Virus record (IMG/VR): IMGVR_UViG_2513237361_000012
Span: 17,300 to 81,299 of that record
Length of the DNA: 64,000 bases
Direction: 5' to 3' (one strand)
DNA from: a virus
Lineage: Duplodnaviria; Heunggongvirae; Uroviricota; Caudoviricetes
Shown: piece after piece, positions 10,077-20,677 of the stretch
Layout: each line of letters opens with the position of its first letter
Position numbering within the stretch: the stretch's first letter is position 1
Notes under the pieces: model-generated
The model's database searches: none
Told to the model about the DNA's origin: nothing
Seen by the model: the letters and a program-made list of their open reading frames with translations, nothing else
Translations under genes and position numbers: made by a program

Positions 10077-10526
10077 TTAAGGGCGTCGTGGCGGACGACG
10101 AACGGGATGAGGCAGATTCGGGGAGTGGTAAAACAAATCCGGCTGGTATTTATTACGCTCCAGACGTCGCATCCGTTTGATGGCCTTGTAGACAGTTTTA
10201 TATGTCACTCCGTAACGCTGAACCAGTTCAGGAATATTATGGCCGTTAAAATCACGCCAGATACGCATATCCCGGACAAGATTCTCCAGAATATTCCCCC
10301 TCGGAACATAAACCTGCATCCCGCCGATATGGCGACAAATCGCCACAACCAGCTCAAGGGAATGGGCAGGGTCTGCGCCAATCCGGGCCAGCTCTTTACG
10401 CAGCAGTGCGTTCAGTTCAGAAAGTAACGCCGGATAAGCGGTGTTTTCCTGATAATCATGAAGGTATTCCAGAACGCTGTCGTCCCGGAGGTCTTCGAAT
10501 AAATCCTGCTCTTTCATCTGTTTCAT
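10077..10526 (-). CDS. mor: Mor/C-family transcriptional activator
   Basis: 149-aa protein with Mor/C-like C-terminal HTH region (YGVTYKTVYKAI); positioned after gemA as in Mu. Confidence 0.75.
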   Translation of the reverse strand: MKQMKEQDLFEDLRDDSVLEYLHDYQENTAYPALLSELNALLRKELARIGADPAHSLELVVAICRHIGGMQVYVPRGNILENLVRDMRIWRDFNGHNIPELVQRYGVTYKTVYKAIKRMRRLERNKYQPDLFYHSPNLPHPVRRPPRRP

Positions 10527-11074
10527 ACAGCAATTCTCCCGCTGTTTCGTGCGCGGGCATATGCACTGGTCATTGCATCATAGCCGCGCAGTTCCCGCCC
10601 GGTTTCGCTCACAGGTAAAGGCACACCATGTCGGACAAAGGCTTCCCGGATGCAGCGCATATGCCACTGTTTGAGCGTTTCGAGCACAACATGCAACGAT
10701 TCCCCGTGACACCAGGCCAGCGTGGAAACACCCTGACCACCATTACGTCTGGCCGTCAGGCGTTCAACGTATTTGTCCAGCGCGGCGTCGCTGATATCGG
10801 AGACGAAACCATCAAGAAACATCTGCTGCCAGATTTTATAAATCTTCTCGCGCGGTGTGACATGCTCCTTAAAGCGACGGCGGGGATGTTTTTTCTGCTT
10901 CTTAAAACCGCGCTCTTTCATGGCATCGAGCACCTGTTCCAGTTGTGCGACAGTCAGTTCGCGGCAACTGGTCTTGCCTGTGCACTGCACCAGAAAGGCG
11001 CGGTAAGTGTCATCGTCGAGTTGTAGATCACGACGGGCAACATGAATTAACTTAATAAGCGATGTGCGACTCAT
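10523..11074 (-). CDS. gemA: GemA (Mu gp16)-like protein
   Basis: Start taken at MSRTSLIK (aa 53 of the track ORF); DUF1018/GemA-like sequence; position before mor. Confidence 0.65.
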   Translation of the reverse strand: MSRTSLIKLIHVARRDLQLDDDTYRAFLVQCTGKTSCRELTVAQLEQVLDAMKERGFKKQKKHPRRRFKEHVTPREKIYKIWQQMFLDGFVSDISDAALDKYVERLTARRNGGQGVSTLAWCHGESLHVVLETLKQWHMRCIREAFVRHGVPLPVSETGRELRGYDAMTSAYARARNSGRIAV

Positions 11075-11104
11075 TTTGTCACCTCTCATATTAAGGAATG
11101 AGAT

Positions 11105-11509
11105 ATGAAAATTGATTACGATGAACTGGCAAGAATCCTTGATACTTTCCTGAATGCAGACAGCGCATTTATTACCCTTAAGGATGTTGGAATCGACACA
11201 ACCGACGATGAAGATAAACTGATATTTCATTTATTACTGCTCGTCGAAAATGGTCTTATCGGTAACAGAGAACTGCAAACTGGCACCCCGGAGTGCATCG
11301 GTCTGAAGTTCACCACAACAGGTATTGGCTGGCGAAACGTACCAATAAGGCTGACTCAGGACGGACATGATTTTGCCAATGCATTGCATCAAAAACCTAT
11401 TCTTGAACGAATCAAAAAAGAATTTGCCGAAGCCCCGTTTGATGTTGTCAAAGACCTCGGCAAGGGGTTTTTAACTCAGTTATTTAAAAAGAAACTCGGT
11501 ATTGAATAA
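11105..11509 (+). CDS. hypothetical protein on the opposite strand within the Mu early region
   Basis: 134-aa ORF with RBS AAGGAA upstream; opposite orientation to the whole early operon. Confidence 0.45.
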   Translation: MKIDYDELARILDTFLNADSAFITLKDVGIDTTDDEDKLIFHLLLLVENGLIGNRELQTGTPECIGLKFTTTGIGWRNVPIRLTQDGHDFANALHQKPILERIKKEFAEAPFDVVKDLGKGFLTQLFKKKLGIE

Positions 11510-11815
11510 CTCCTTACTCATTCGCTGTAGCACATCAAGGGCGGCAACTGCCGCCACTTTATCCTGACCGGCAATGATTTTTCGTAATTCCTCAATAATC
11601 CAGGCATGGCTTAATGATTCAGCAATCATCGTGCGTTTTTCTGAAATTAAATTTTCTCTGGCCTGCTCATAGTGCTGGTATACAACATTATCCAGAAAAT
11701 AATTTACATCTTGTTCTGACATGCCACTGGAAATTAAGGTTGCAGCCATTAAATCAGCATCAGTAATCATCTGTATTTTCATTTCGTAATACCTCTTCGC
11801 AATAAAAGACTTCAT
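11480..11815 (-). CDS. hypothetical Mu semi-essential-region protein
   Basis: 111-aa ORF in early operon. Confidence 0.35.
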   Translation of the reverse strand: MKSFIAKRYYEMKIQMITDADLMAATLISSGMSEQDVNYFLDNVVYQHYEQARENLISEKRTMIAESLSHAWIIEELRKIIAGQDKVAAVAALDVLQRMSKELFNTEFLFK

Positions 11816-11949
11816 TGGGATAACGTTTTTGTATGCGCTCCATCACCTGCATACATGCCTGCTCTGTGGGCCAGATTTTTTCCGTTACCGGAATGGCATC
11901 GCAGGCATCATTCCCACAAGTGCCAACCAGCAGGACAAAGCCAATTGAC

Positions 11950-12489
11950 TTAATCATGCTCGCTGATTTCCTGTGTTTCCGCCGGAACCGGTGAATAATC
12001 AAGAATGAGATAGCGCAGGACGTGGTCGGTGATATTCCAGCCACTGGAACCACAAATAAAGCGCCCCAGCCGGATATCGATATACGCCATCACAAAACGG
12101 GGCATCCCCTGTTTGCACATCTCGTCATCCACTTCAGCAACGATGTAAACCGACTCGCAGGTCAGTACGCCTGTCGCAAATTCTTTTGCCAGTGCCGGAA
12201 TGGCATTGCCTTCCAGCCAGGGCAAAGAGCGGCGGAACGCGCACCATTGAGCATCATCAACAGCGGGGTGCTCCGTTGCGTTTCGTCTTACAGGAGGCGT
12301 CGGACGAGGGCGCGGAACGTCATAAAATCCGTTGCATTCAGTGAGAACTCCGGCATCAACCGCATCACGCAGGAAATACACCATTGAGGAAGGTGGCATC
12401 TTCATTTTTTCAGCCAGAACGCCACAGGTCAGACGCCCGTAACCCCGTAGTAATGTGCTGACACCGTTCAGAATTTTTGCATCAATCAT
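11950..12489 (-). CDS. hypothetical Mu semi-essential-region protein
   Basis: 179-aa ORF in early operon. Confidence 0.35.
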   Translation of the reverse strand: MIDAKILNGVSTLLRGYGRLTCGVLAEKMKMPPSSMVYFLRDAVDAGVLTECNGFYDVPRPRPTPPVRRNATEHPAVDDAQWCAFRRSLPWLEGNAIPALAKEFATGVLTCESVYIVAEVDDEMCKQGMPRFVMAYIDIRLGRFICGSSGWNITDHVLRYLILDYSPVPAETQEISEHD

Positions 12490-12586
12490 TTTTATTTCTC
12501 AGATATCAGATTCAGGCGCGAGCAATCCCCTGACGCATCGCGCCATAATTAAAAGAAAGTGAATTAATTAAATATTCGTGGTGGTA

Positions 12587-13111
12587 TTAAATACCGGCTT
12601 CCTGTTCAAACGGAATAATAGAAAAATCTTCAATACCTGATTTGACTGTAATTCCGGCAACACCTGCGACCGCTTTCGGTTCCAGTAAAATCGCTTCCTT
12701 GTTGATTTCCTGTTTCGTGCGAATAAAGCGTTGCAGGCCAAGACGCTCCAGCGTTTCCATCACCGCATCCACACCGCGAATACTTACCGATGGTGGGCGC
12801 TGACGCCATGACACATCACCGGTTACCAGGTTTGCCGTCTTCACCTTGCCGCCGTTCGTCAGTTCGTCACGGTTCGCTTCACACCACCCCTGAACGCCTT
12901 TTGAAAGGGTTTCAATACTGGTTTTAAGGGGTGCAATCTGTGAGGCGTATTTCTCCGTAATCTCAGCGATAGCGTCATTCATCTCCGTTTCAAGCCGTGC
13001 CGCTTCGCGTTGCAGGTCACCAATCCGGCGAATATCACATACCACGGCATCGCGGGATTGTGGAACATAAGCCGCTGCGGCGTTCTTGATTCGTTTTGCT
13101 GGTTTAGCCAT
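12587..13111 (-). CDS. gam: host-nuclease inhibitor Gam (Mu-type)
   Basis: 174-aa protein; size, position and sequence character match Mu Gam. Confidence 0.75.
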   Translation of the reverse strand: MAKPAKRIKNAAAAYVPQSRDAVVCDIRRIGDLQREAARLETEMNDAIAEITEKYASQIAPLKTSIETLSKGVQGWCEANRDELTNGGKVKTANLVTGDVSWRQRPPSVSIRGVDAVMETLERLGLQRFIRTKQEINKEAILLEPKAVAGVAGITVKSGIEDFSIIPFEQEAGI

Positions 13112-13131
13112 ATAAATAAAGCTCCTGTTAA

Positions 13132-13431
13132 TTAATATTCGCTGTATACAATGCTGGATACAGCACGATTGCTTAATTCCATCTTTTGGGCTATCACATG
13201 AATAGCCACCCCTTCTTTATAAAGTTCACGACACAAATATTTGTCGTGCTCACTGACCCGGTATGCACACAACGATATTCCGTGCCTTCTGGCATGTGCC
13301 TGTAGGGCGGTTGGGGCAACGTTCAGTTTTTTCGCCATTTCCTCGACGGTCATTTTTCCGACACTGGCTTCGATAAATTCCCGGTCTTCGCGTGACCAGC
13401 GTTTACGCTTACACATCATTCCGGTCACCAC
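13132..13431 (-). CDS. hypothetical HTH-containing protein
   Basis: 99-aa ORF with HTH-like segments. Confidence 0.35.
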   Translation of the reverse strand: MVTGMMCKRKRWSREDREFIEASVGKMTVEEMAKKLNVAPTALQAHARRHGISLCAYRVSEHDKYLCRELYKEGVAIHVIAQKMELSNRAVSSIVYSEY

Positions 13432-13851
13432 TCAGTACAACAGGGGTTCGCGCAGTGATGCCGGAATATGCCGCAGCGATAACTGAACCGCTTTCAAGGC
13501 AAGGGAAGAATACGTCCCCTGCGTCCAGCCTTTCGCCATTTGCCGGTAATCGCGCCAGATGTTCTGCCACTGCTCCCGTGCGTCCGGGTCTGACGCGCTG
13601 ATGTATTCGCGGTCCATGACGTATTCCCATAAATCCTCGTTAAACGCACCGCCAAACGTGATGGCATTAGAGATGTTTTCACCACAATAACGCGCACAAA
13701 TGCTGTAATGGTCAAATGTAATCAGATAAGTAGTTTCACCATGCTCATAAACTTTGCGGGTGAAAATAAACTCGCGTAATTCACCACCGTTGTTATTGCG
13801 TTCCTGAATTCGGATTAATGCCTGAATTTCATTTCGGATTTTGACGTTCAT
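13432..13851 (-). CDS. hypothetical protein
   Basis: 139-aa ORF in early operon. Confidence 0.35.
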   Translation of the reverse strand: MNVKIRNEIQALIRIQERNNNGGELREFIFTRKVYEHGETTYLITFDHYSICARYCGENISNAITFGGAFNEDLWEYVMDREYISASDPDAREQWQNIWRDYRQMAKGWTQGTYSSLALKAVQLSLRHIPASLREPLLY

Positions 13852-13871
13852 TGTCAGCGTTCCTTTGTGAA

Positions 13872-14141
13872 TTAATGTCTGGCTGCATTCGGGTTATAGC
13901 TGAATAATTCCCCCTCGGCTTCCAGCCCAAGCTCCTTGGCTGATTTCAACAACTCCTCGGTCGCTTTTTTAATGATTTCAGGAGCCATGCTCTTGATGAT
14001 GCCTGCCATTACATCATGTGGCCCGGTCTGGTCCTCAGGTGAGGATTCTTCCAGTCGCACATTCATATTTACGGCAAAACCTCCATTTTCCTGAAACTCA
14101 ATATTTCTTGTATTGTTAAATTCAAAGATTACTTTTGCCAT
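13872..14141 (-). CDS. hypothetical protein
   Basis: 89-aa ORF in early operon. Confidence 0.3.
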   Translation of the reverse strand: MAKVIFEFNNTRNIEFQENGGFAVNMNVRLEESSPEDQTGPHDVMAGIIKSMAPEIIKKATEELLKSAKELGLEAEGELFSYNPNAARH

Positions 14142-14152
14142 TTTGTTTCACC

Positions 14153-14407
14153 TTATTGATTCTGAATAATTGTGCTGACCTTTACCTTCGCGCCTTCTAC
14201 CTGTTTAAAGAAAACACCACTGCACCACGGGCAACATGTGAAAGAGTCCCATACTTCATTTTCGGGGGAACTTTGCGTCATAAGCTGTTCACCACATCCC
14301 GGGCATTTATATGTCGTCAAAGGCACTCCGTGGCGCTGACAATGTTTAACCCACTCAATATATTTTCCAGACCTGATACTCATCGTTATCTCCAGATAAT
14401 CTGACAA
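14153..14407 (-). CDS. zinc-ribbon protein
   Basis: CPGCG...CCPWC cysteine motifs. Confidence 0.35.
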   Translation of the reverse strand: MSDYLEITMSIRSGKYIEWVKHCQRHGVPLTTYKCPGCGEQLMTQSSPENEVWDSFTCCPWCSGVFFKQVEGAKVKVSTIIQNQ

Positions 14408-14613
14408 CCATTAAGACGGGCCGTCCATACTGAACGGGCAACCCCTGATTTATGCTCCATAATCCTGACAGCGTTTCTGACCAGCTCCGGTGGCGGGCAG
14501 GTGATTTCAAGTACCGGGCGGGCCACGCCCAGCCAGGATTCGTTGACGTGGCTGCCGCGCTCCTGTAACCAGGTCTTTACTTCCGTCGCCATTTTGATAT
14601 TACGAGACATCAT
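14386..14613 (-). CDS. kil: Kil-like protein
   Basis: 75-aa ORF directly downstream of B, the position and size of Mu kil. Confidence 0.45.
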   Translation of the reverse strand: MMSRNIKMATEVKTWLQERGSHVNESWLGVARPVLEITCPPPELVRNAVRIMEHKSGVARSVWTARLNGCQIIWR

Positions 14614-14625
14614 GGTTTGTGTTCC

Positions 14626-15579
14626 TTACTGCCAGTTCAGTAACTTAGGGTTGCTGTAAGCCTCCTTAAAAGCCGCTTTAATGTGACTTTTATTCAGGGA
14701 TGAACCAGCACCTTTCGCCGCCAGCCACGCATGATTCAGTGTGTGAGTTAATACACGCAATCCCCCGGGCTTTTCGGCTACCCTCATCAACAGATCCAGC
14801 TCATCTTCCTGTGTTACTCCCCATGCTTTGGCTACAGCCATCACGTCGGTTTTTTTCACTTTGCGCAGTTGTTTCGTCATGGCAAAACGGCTGAACAGAC
14901 GGGCCAGCTCATCAGTCCCACGACGGGTGGCATCCGCCATCTGTTTCGGGTTGCCAATTAAAACCATCCCCACGCCAGTGGCATCCTGAATGGCGCGTAA
15001 TTGCTCCAGACCATCCACACTTAAGTGATCAGCTTCATCAATAATCAGCAGGGGGTTAACACGGCCACTAATTTCTTTACCACCGCCCAGTTTTCTGCGA
15101 ATGGCGCGGGTTATATTCCCCTTATTTCTTCCCGGATTATTAATTTCCAGCGCATATGCTATTTCAAGGAGACATTCCGTAACGCTCGAATGTGCCGGAG
15201 CAAGCGTCACCATCCAGGCATTAGCTGTTTTGCGGCAATATTCCCGTGCAGCAAAAGTTTTGCCGACACCCGGTACGCCAACAACAACACTGATAATCCC
15301 GAGTGAGCGCACTGTTTTAAACAGCTCATGCAAATCACAAAATGTCTGGGTCTTCACAACGCCGGGGGCACCTGACAAATTCTGCCCTTTTTGCCAGACC
15401 CGATACCATTCCTGTAATTTGTCATGCATGCCTTCAACATTGCCTCTGTACTTTCCTTTACGAAGATCAGAAAGTGTTGCCGGAGACATTCCGGCCTCAT
15501 CAGCAATATCTTCCTGGGACTTGTCGCCCTCGTTAATCAAAGCGTTAATAGTGTTGAAAACATCATCAATATCAGTCAT
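14626..15579 (-). CDS. B: MuB-like transposition ATPase
   Basis: N-terminal HTH, Walker A GVPGVGKT, Walker B LLIIDEAD; follows the transposase gene. Confidence 0.85.
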   Translation of the reverse strand: MTDIDDVFNTINALINEGDKSQEDIADEAGMSPATLSDLRKGKYRGNVEGMHDKLQEWYRVWQKGQNLSGAPGVVKTQTFCDLHELFKTVRSLGIISVVVGVPGVGKTFAAREYCRKTANAWMVTLAPAHSSVTECLLEIAYALEINNPGRNKGNITRAIRRKLGGGKEISGRVNPLLIIDEADHLSVDGLEQLRAIQDATGVGMVLIGNPKQMADATRRGTDELARLFSRFAMTKQLRKVKKTDVMAVAKAWGVTQEDELDLLMRVAEKPGGLRVLTHTLNHAWLAAKGAGSSLNKSHIKAAFKEAYSNPKLLNWQ

Positions 15580-15654
15580 AGTATCTCCTCCATCATTACA
15601 GATTTACTTTATTTTCCTTGTTTAACAGTCCGTTACCGCGGACTGTTTTTTTAT

Positions 15655-17742
15655 TCAGGCCAGCGGATCATCTTCTTCCTGCATGGCAAAAAGCTTTTGC
15701 ATCCCCAGTCTGAAATCGCGTTCAAATTCTTCGTCATGCTCTTCTTCATATTCCGGTTGCTGAACTGCCACCACATTCCCAACCGGGCGATAAACATTAT
15801 CCAGCCAGGGTTCAGCTTGTTTGTGTTCCAGAATCTGAATACCTTCATCTTCAGCATCACGAATTTTTTCCTCAGCGCGTTTGCGCATTCCTTTAATACG
15901 CTGTTGCTGTTTGTGATATTCCGCACTGACAGGGAAGGCTGCGCGTTTATTGCCGTTCCATATCGCCTCACAGATAAAGCTGCCGTCCTTGCGACGTACC
16001 GTAATTCGCTCGGCGTCATGAATGTCATAACTGATAAGCACTTTGCGACCGTGTTCGTCACGCAACTCCGGCGCGTAGTAAATATTGTTCAGCCACTGGA
16101 TTTCGCAGCGTCTTACTGGACGCTCCACCATCGGGCGGAACATGTCGCGCAGCTCAAGATCACTCAGCCACTCAATTTCGGTGTCTTCTTCTGCCAGGCG
16201 TTTTTTTCTGAACTCTGCCGGGCTGTAATGCCGCCCGTTCGGTTTCATCGGCAGCTCAGAATGCGGGCGGTTGTTGTACCATTCCACGCCTTCACGAATA
16301 GCCTCAATAAGCTCCGCCCACGATGGCAGCTCGCGCATTGCAGCTTTCTGGCGGTCGTTCAGAGGCTTGTCCTGTTGCAGGGCGTTAAACGCTGAACGCA
16401 GATCACGGTTAAGTACACGCAACGATTCCCGGTCAGCACCCTTGCCAAAATAGGTGCGATACCTCCTGGCTATACGCATCGGCAGTGTCCGGTTCAGGCG
16501 TTCAATAATGCCGCGCCCCTGTGGATTACCGGCAATACCTGTTGGGTGTTTAATCCCCAGGCGGGGCAGAATACCCACGACCTCTTTGTCCAGCATGTCA
16601 GCCGTTTCACCAGAACCGTTATCCGAGTAATACAGAAACGGTTTTCCGTGGTTGCGAATGCCGTGCTGTATCGCACCGGCAACGGCGAACACGTTCTCGG
16701 CAAGGTCAAGACTCCAGCCAACAACAAACCGGGTTCCACCGTCGATCACAAATGTGACTTCCGGTGAGAATGGACGCCCGTGGATCGGATGTGCACATTT
16801 CAGCTTCATACCGTGACCGTCACCAATCCAGACATAATTCACCGGCATAGCTGTCCAGTCGCGGCGGGTGAATCCTTCAAGCTGACGGTATTCACTGCCG
16901 GTAACGCGCCCTTTTTGTTTCACCACTTCCGGCAATTTCTTCATGGCATAACGAACCACATCGTAAGAGGGCATCACCTCCAGCATGTACGGTTCGTCCG
17001 CATGGCGACACTGCCATTCCGCGACAAAATCCTCGTAGGCTTCAGACATAGGTCTGCCGTTCACCTGGCGATACTGCGCCAGAAACTCAGGTAGCCAGCT
17101 AATTTGTTCCGGTTTTATTTCGTCGCGTTTTCCTGGTGCCAGTAACAGCAGCCGTTCTGCGGCGTTCTGTGACTGGTTGTACTTCAGCACCCACTGATAA
17201 AGTGGGTCACGACTGATGGTGCGATTAGCGCCACGTTTTGCATTGGCGTTAACTGCGGCCTGTTGCAGGCGTTCCGGTAGTTCACCTTTACGGGCTTTTT
17301 CGACAAGAAAGTTAATGGCTTTCAGTCGCCCGAGATCACCCTCGCTTTCCAGCTTCAGCACTTCCACTACCAGCGCAGCTCTTGCTTCAGATACCCGACG
17401 CTGATTTTCGGTCAGCGCATTCAGGCGTTCTTCCATCAGTTGTGGCGAACCGCGATATGCTTCGATTGCCTGGACAGCATCAGGATTGCGCGCCTTCCTG
17501 GTAACGACCTGAACTTCGGAAACGTTGTTCTCCGTAGCTACCAGTTGTTCCACATAACGTTCACGCAGCGCCTTTTGAGTCGCTTCCGGCAGACAATCAA
17601 TGTGGTACTCAATGGCTTTTGTACCTGCTCGTTTGCGTCGAAAATGCTCTGATGAAGCCAATTTTTTTATAGTGTACCTCACACCTTGCGCACTTCCCGG
17701 CATACCAGGCAGCCCCACGAGTTCGTTGACAGACACAAACAT
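15655..17742 (-). CDS. A: MuA-like DDE transposase
   Basis: 695-aa protein with MuA-like N-terminal DNA-binding region and DDE core; position between ner and B. Confidence 0.9.
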   Translation of the reverse strand: MFVSVNELVGLPGMPGSAQGVRYTIKKLASSEHFRRKRAGTKAIEYHIDCLPEATQKALRERYVEQLVATENNVSEVQVVTRKARNPDAVQAIEAYRGSPQLMEERLNALTENQRRVSEARAALVVEVLKLESEGDLGRLKAINFLVEKARKGELPERLQQAAVNANAKRGANRTISRDPLYQWVLKYNQSQNAAERLLLLAPGKRDEIKPEQISWLPEFLAQYRQVNGRPMSEAYEDFVAEWQCRHADEPYMLEVMPSYDVVRYAMKKLPEVVKQKGRVTGSEYRQLEGFTRRDWTAMPVNYVWIGDGHGMKLKCAHPIHGRPFSPEVTFVIDGGTRFVVGWSLDLAENVFAVAGAIQHGIRNHGKPFLYYSDNGSGETADMLDKEVVGILPRLGIKHPTGIAGNPQGRGIIERLNRTLPMRIARRYRTYFGKGADRESLRVLNRDLRSAFNALQQDKPLNDRQKAAMRELPSWAELIEAIREGVEWYNNRPHSELPMKPNGRHYSPAEFRKKRLAEEDTEIEWLSDLELRDMFRPMVERPVRRCEIQWLNNIYYAPELRDEHGRKVLISYDIHDAERITVRRKDGSFICEAIWNGNKRAAFPVSAEYHKQQQRIKGMRKRAEEKIRDAEDEGIQILEHKQAEPWLDNVYRPVGNVVAVQQPEYEEEHDEEFERDFRLGMQKLFAMQEEDDPLA

Positions 17743-17744
17743 TT

Positions 17745-18017
17745 TTACGCCACCTTACGAACGTAGCGGCTGGGCCAGATCTCCTCCGGAGCCACACCGA
17801 TAGCATCAGCAATAATGCGCTCATACTTAGGGCATTTGCGGTACAAGGCATTCTTTAAAGAATCCTTGTTTAAACCTGCTTCAACTGATAGTGAACGCAA
17901 AGTAAAGCCTTTCACATGCACCGCAGCGACAACATGTGCCGGGTGCCAGTCCTGTTTTACAACTTCATTTATAGACATCATTCGTTTATCCTTAAAAGTT
18001 ATCTGCGCGGATAACAC
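17745..18017 (-). CDS. ner: Ner-like DNA-binding regulator
   Basis: 90-aa Ner-family HTH protein immediately upstream of A. Confidence 0.75.
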   Translation of the reverse strand: MLSAQITFKDKRMMSINEVVKQDWHPAHVVAAVHVKGFTLRSLSVEAGLNKDSLKNALYRKCPKYERIIADAIGVAPEEIWPSRYVRKVA

Positions 18018-18121
18018 CGCCGGATAATCTCTACAGATAAATATTTGATCACTACAAAAGAAAAGTAAAGGGCTTTAATCTCTTTCTTTGGTGATTTTTA
18101 TCTACATAAGGATAAATACTT

Positions 18122-18709
18122 ATGAATCATACAGTTAAGAGAAAAGAAAAAAACGATAAAAAAGAAAGTGATTTTTCTTTTCCAGCATTTCAAAAAGAAA
18201 GCATCAAGGAACGACTGGCAAAGTTAATGCGTGGTCGGTCTAAAACCGCAGTTGCGAAAGCGTGGGGGCTTCCATTCTCTACACTTAATAACTATTTTGA
18301 GAAAGATGCGATACCATCTCTACAAGTAGCTAGCCAGATAGCTTTTGCAGAAGGAGTAAGTATTGATTGGCTTGTTTTTGGTAAGGTAGAGGCAGAGTCG
18401 TTACATCCTCAAACAGATAACAACGCCCAGAACCAACCACTCGATATCACACAACAACGCCTCCTGGCTATTCTGAGTGCCCTGGAATCACCGGAGGCTG
18501 AGCGGTTGTCCAAACTCCTGGCACTAAATGGAGCCAAATACTTGTCGCGCTTACTGGAACCTGAGAACCAAGAGTTGATCCAATTAGAAGGGCGAAAACG
18601 AGCAGCGGCACTACTTCTAGATAATCTATCTGATGATAGAGTTAGAGAGATTTTGGCAGAAATTGAAGCTAGTAATCTCTCGCACAGTTTAAAAGCGAAG
18701 GCAGGTTGA
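18122..18709 (+). CDS. c: Mu-type c repressor
   Basis: 195-aa protein divergent from ner, with HTH segment (KTAVAKAWGLPFSTLNNY); operator region between c and ner. Confidence 0.7.
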   Translation: MNHTVKRKEKNDKKESDFSFPAFQKESIKERLAKLMRGRSKTAVAKAWGLPFSTLNNYFEKDAIPSLQVASQIAFAEGVSIDWLVFGKVEAESLHPQTDNNAQNQPLDITQQRLLAILSALESPEAERLSKLLALNGAKYLSRLLEPENQELIQLEGRKRAAALLLDNLSDDRVREILAEIEASNLSHSLKAKAG

Positions 18710-18953
18710 CTTCATTGGCCTGCCTTTAGAGCTTCTTTAAAATCAAATTTAGAGCCAATACTGATGTTTTGAAGGGCTTTCAAACTATCGAAAGGTACGG
18801 CGCGCCTATCTTGAATATGTTGTCGATTGTGGCGCATTGAACTTTTTTTGATGCCTCCTATCTTGAATCTAATAGACATCTAACTTATTGAATCCCATCA
18901 AATCCCGCCTTTTCTAATCTCTTCCCGGTTATCTTGAATAAATTACCTAGTCA
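18710..18953. repeat. Mu-like left end (attL) with repeated transposase-binding-like motifs
   Basis: Reverse complement reads TG...ACCGGGA(A/G)G...CGGGAT.TGATGGGATT, closely resembling my recollection of the Mu left end; ATCTTGAAT recurs three times. Confidence 0.55.
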
Positions 18954-19472
18954 TATATCGCCAATAGAATCATGTAACTCTTTTTGCACTTGCGGAATCA
19001 GTTCGTCAGAGAGATTTAACCCAAACTTGAAGAAGATATCGTCGATATTGTCAAAGTTATCGACATATTCCAGGCGATGATAGTACATCTCCGCCACGGC
19101 CTTCATTTCGGCGTCATACTTTTTCAGGGTATAGGCGCTATTTTTTCCACAGGCAATAATTTCCACCTCCGGGCGCGTCAGTAAATGCTCCACAATAGTG
19201 GAAAATGCGTCCTTCGACAGTTCGCCATTAAAAACATCTTTGCCTTCGTTCACCACCCAGCCGCCGTTTTCCGCCACAAAGGCAATTTCATTGGCAATTT
19301 CGGGAAAGAACGAAATTAACTGATAATATTGATTTCCACTGGCGACCACAAAGCGAATACCTTGTGCTTTCATCTGCTGATACTGGGCCATAAACCGCTC
19401 ACGGTTATAGGTTTTTTGATCGCTTAAGAAAGTACCGTCCATATCTACCGCAATTAATTTAATGCCCATCAA
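18951..19472 (-). pseudogene. ybjI: ybjI 5' fragment (HAD-family phosphatase), truncated by the Mu-like insertion
   Basis: N-terminal 173 aa with DxDGT HAD motif (VDMDGTF); ORF ends in a TGA formed at the prophage terminus, C-terminal ~100 aa missing. Confidence 0.75.
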
Positions 19473-20677
19473 CTATTCTCCATCGCAGTTTGCGTTTTTG
19501 TATCGGGTTTGGCGACGGCTTTAGCGACAATAGCCGCAAGAATAACCAGCGCCAGCACAACCAGCATTGCACTACGTAATCCATAATGTTCTCCGAGATA
19601 GCCCAGCAGTGGCGGCCCGACGAGGAATGCCAGATAACCCGTCGTTGCCACTACGCTGACACGGGTCGGCGCATCGGGGCCGGTATCGCTGGCGGCAGAA
19701 ATGGTTAGTGGGAAGCCCAGAGAAGCGCCCAATCCCCAAAGCACAACAGACACCCCAGCGACCCATGCGCTATCGACAAAAATAATTAGTCCGATACCCA
19801 ACGCACCCATCAAGGCACTGGCACGTACTACGGCAACGCGGCTGTAACGGTCGATGAACCAGCCACCGGTGAAGCGTCCAACGGTCATCCCCAATGTGAA
19901 ACCGGCATAAATCAGTGAGCCTGACGTTGGACTAAAACCGTGGCCATCAACCATTAATAAGGGTAACCAATCGTTGGCAGAGCCTTCTGCAAAAGCCATT
20001 GCCAGTACTACGACACCAATCAACAGCAACTGGATGTCACGGTAAAAAGGCACACCTTTTTCGTCATGCTGCGAGCCATCGGCAGCGTTTTTGCCCGTAC
20101 CACCAGGGATTGCCTTAATAGCAATATAAATAGGTGCGATGCCCGCCAGTGCCGCCAACAAAATATGTACAGTTGCCGGAACACCAAAGGCTGTCAACGC
20201 CATCCCGACACCAGCGCCTGCCAGCGTGCCCAGGCTATAAAAGCCGTGCATCATAGGCAAAACCGTTTTATTCATTTCTCGCTCAACGGCTGCGCCTTCA
20301 ACGTTTATCGCCACTTCAGCGGAACCAAAACTGGCTCCAAAGACACCAAGACCAACGGCAAAGAGGACGGGGGATGTCAGCCAGAGCGCCAGACTTAATA
20401 TCATCATCCCGATCAAAGCGCAGGACATAGTGACCAGAATGACATTACGCGTCCCAAAGCGTTTCACTAACCACGCCGAGCAGAGGATACCGCTCATCGA
20501 ACCTATCGACAGGCCAAAGAGTACACCGCCCATTTCAGCGATAGAGACAGAGAGAATATCCCGAATTGCTGGCGTGCGGGTGGCCCAGGAAGCCATTAGC
20601 AGTCCTGGCAAAAAGAAGAACATAAACAACGCCCAGGTACGGCGTTTCAAGGCATTACGTGAAGAATTTACTGTCAT
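19469..20677 (-). CDS. ybjJ: MFS transporter YbjJ
   Basis: 402-aa protein with ~12 hydrophobic helices; conserved position between ybjI and rcdA. Confidence 0.8.
   Translation of the reverse strand: MTVNSSRNALKRRTWALFMFFFLPGLLMASWATRTPAIRDILSVSIAEMGGVLFGLSIGSMSGILCSAWLVKRFGTRNVILVTMSCALIGMMILSLALWLTSPVLFAVGLGVFGASFGSAEVAINVEGAAVEREMNKTVLPMMHGFYSLGTLAGAGVGMALTAFGVPATVHILLAALAGIAPIYIAIKAIPGGTGKNAADGSQHDEKGVPFYRDIQLLLIGVVVLAMAFAEGSANDWLPLLMVDGHGFSPTSGSLIYAGFTLGMTVGRFTGGWFIDRYSRVAVVRASALMGALGIGLIIFVDSAWVAGVSVVLWGLGASLGFPLTISAASDTGPDAPTRVSVVATTGYLAFLVGPPLLGYLGEHYGLRSAMLVVLALVILAAIVAKAVAKPDTKTQTAMENS

Larger units (their letters stand above)
1..18953 (-). mobile_element. Mu-like transposable prophage (c/attL end plus ~19 kb of early, lysis and head genes); continues beyond window start
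   Basis: Mu gene order on minus strand (ner-A-B-kil-gam-gemA-mor-lys-terminase-portal-F-I-T), divergent c repressor, Mu-like terminal sequence abutting truncated ybjI. Confidence 0.85.

Noticed and set aside
15424-16395. 323-aa plus-strand ORF overlapping the MuA transposase gene
   Set aside because: Antisense to a confidently assigned gene, low-complexity hydrophobic translation, no start context; shadow ORF.
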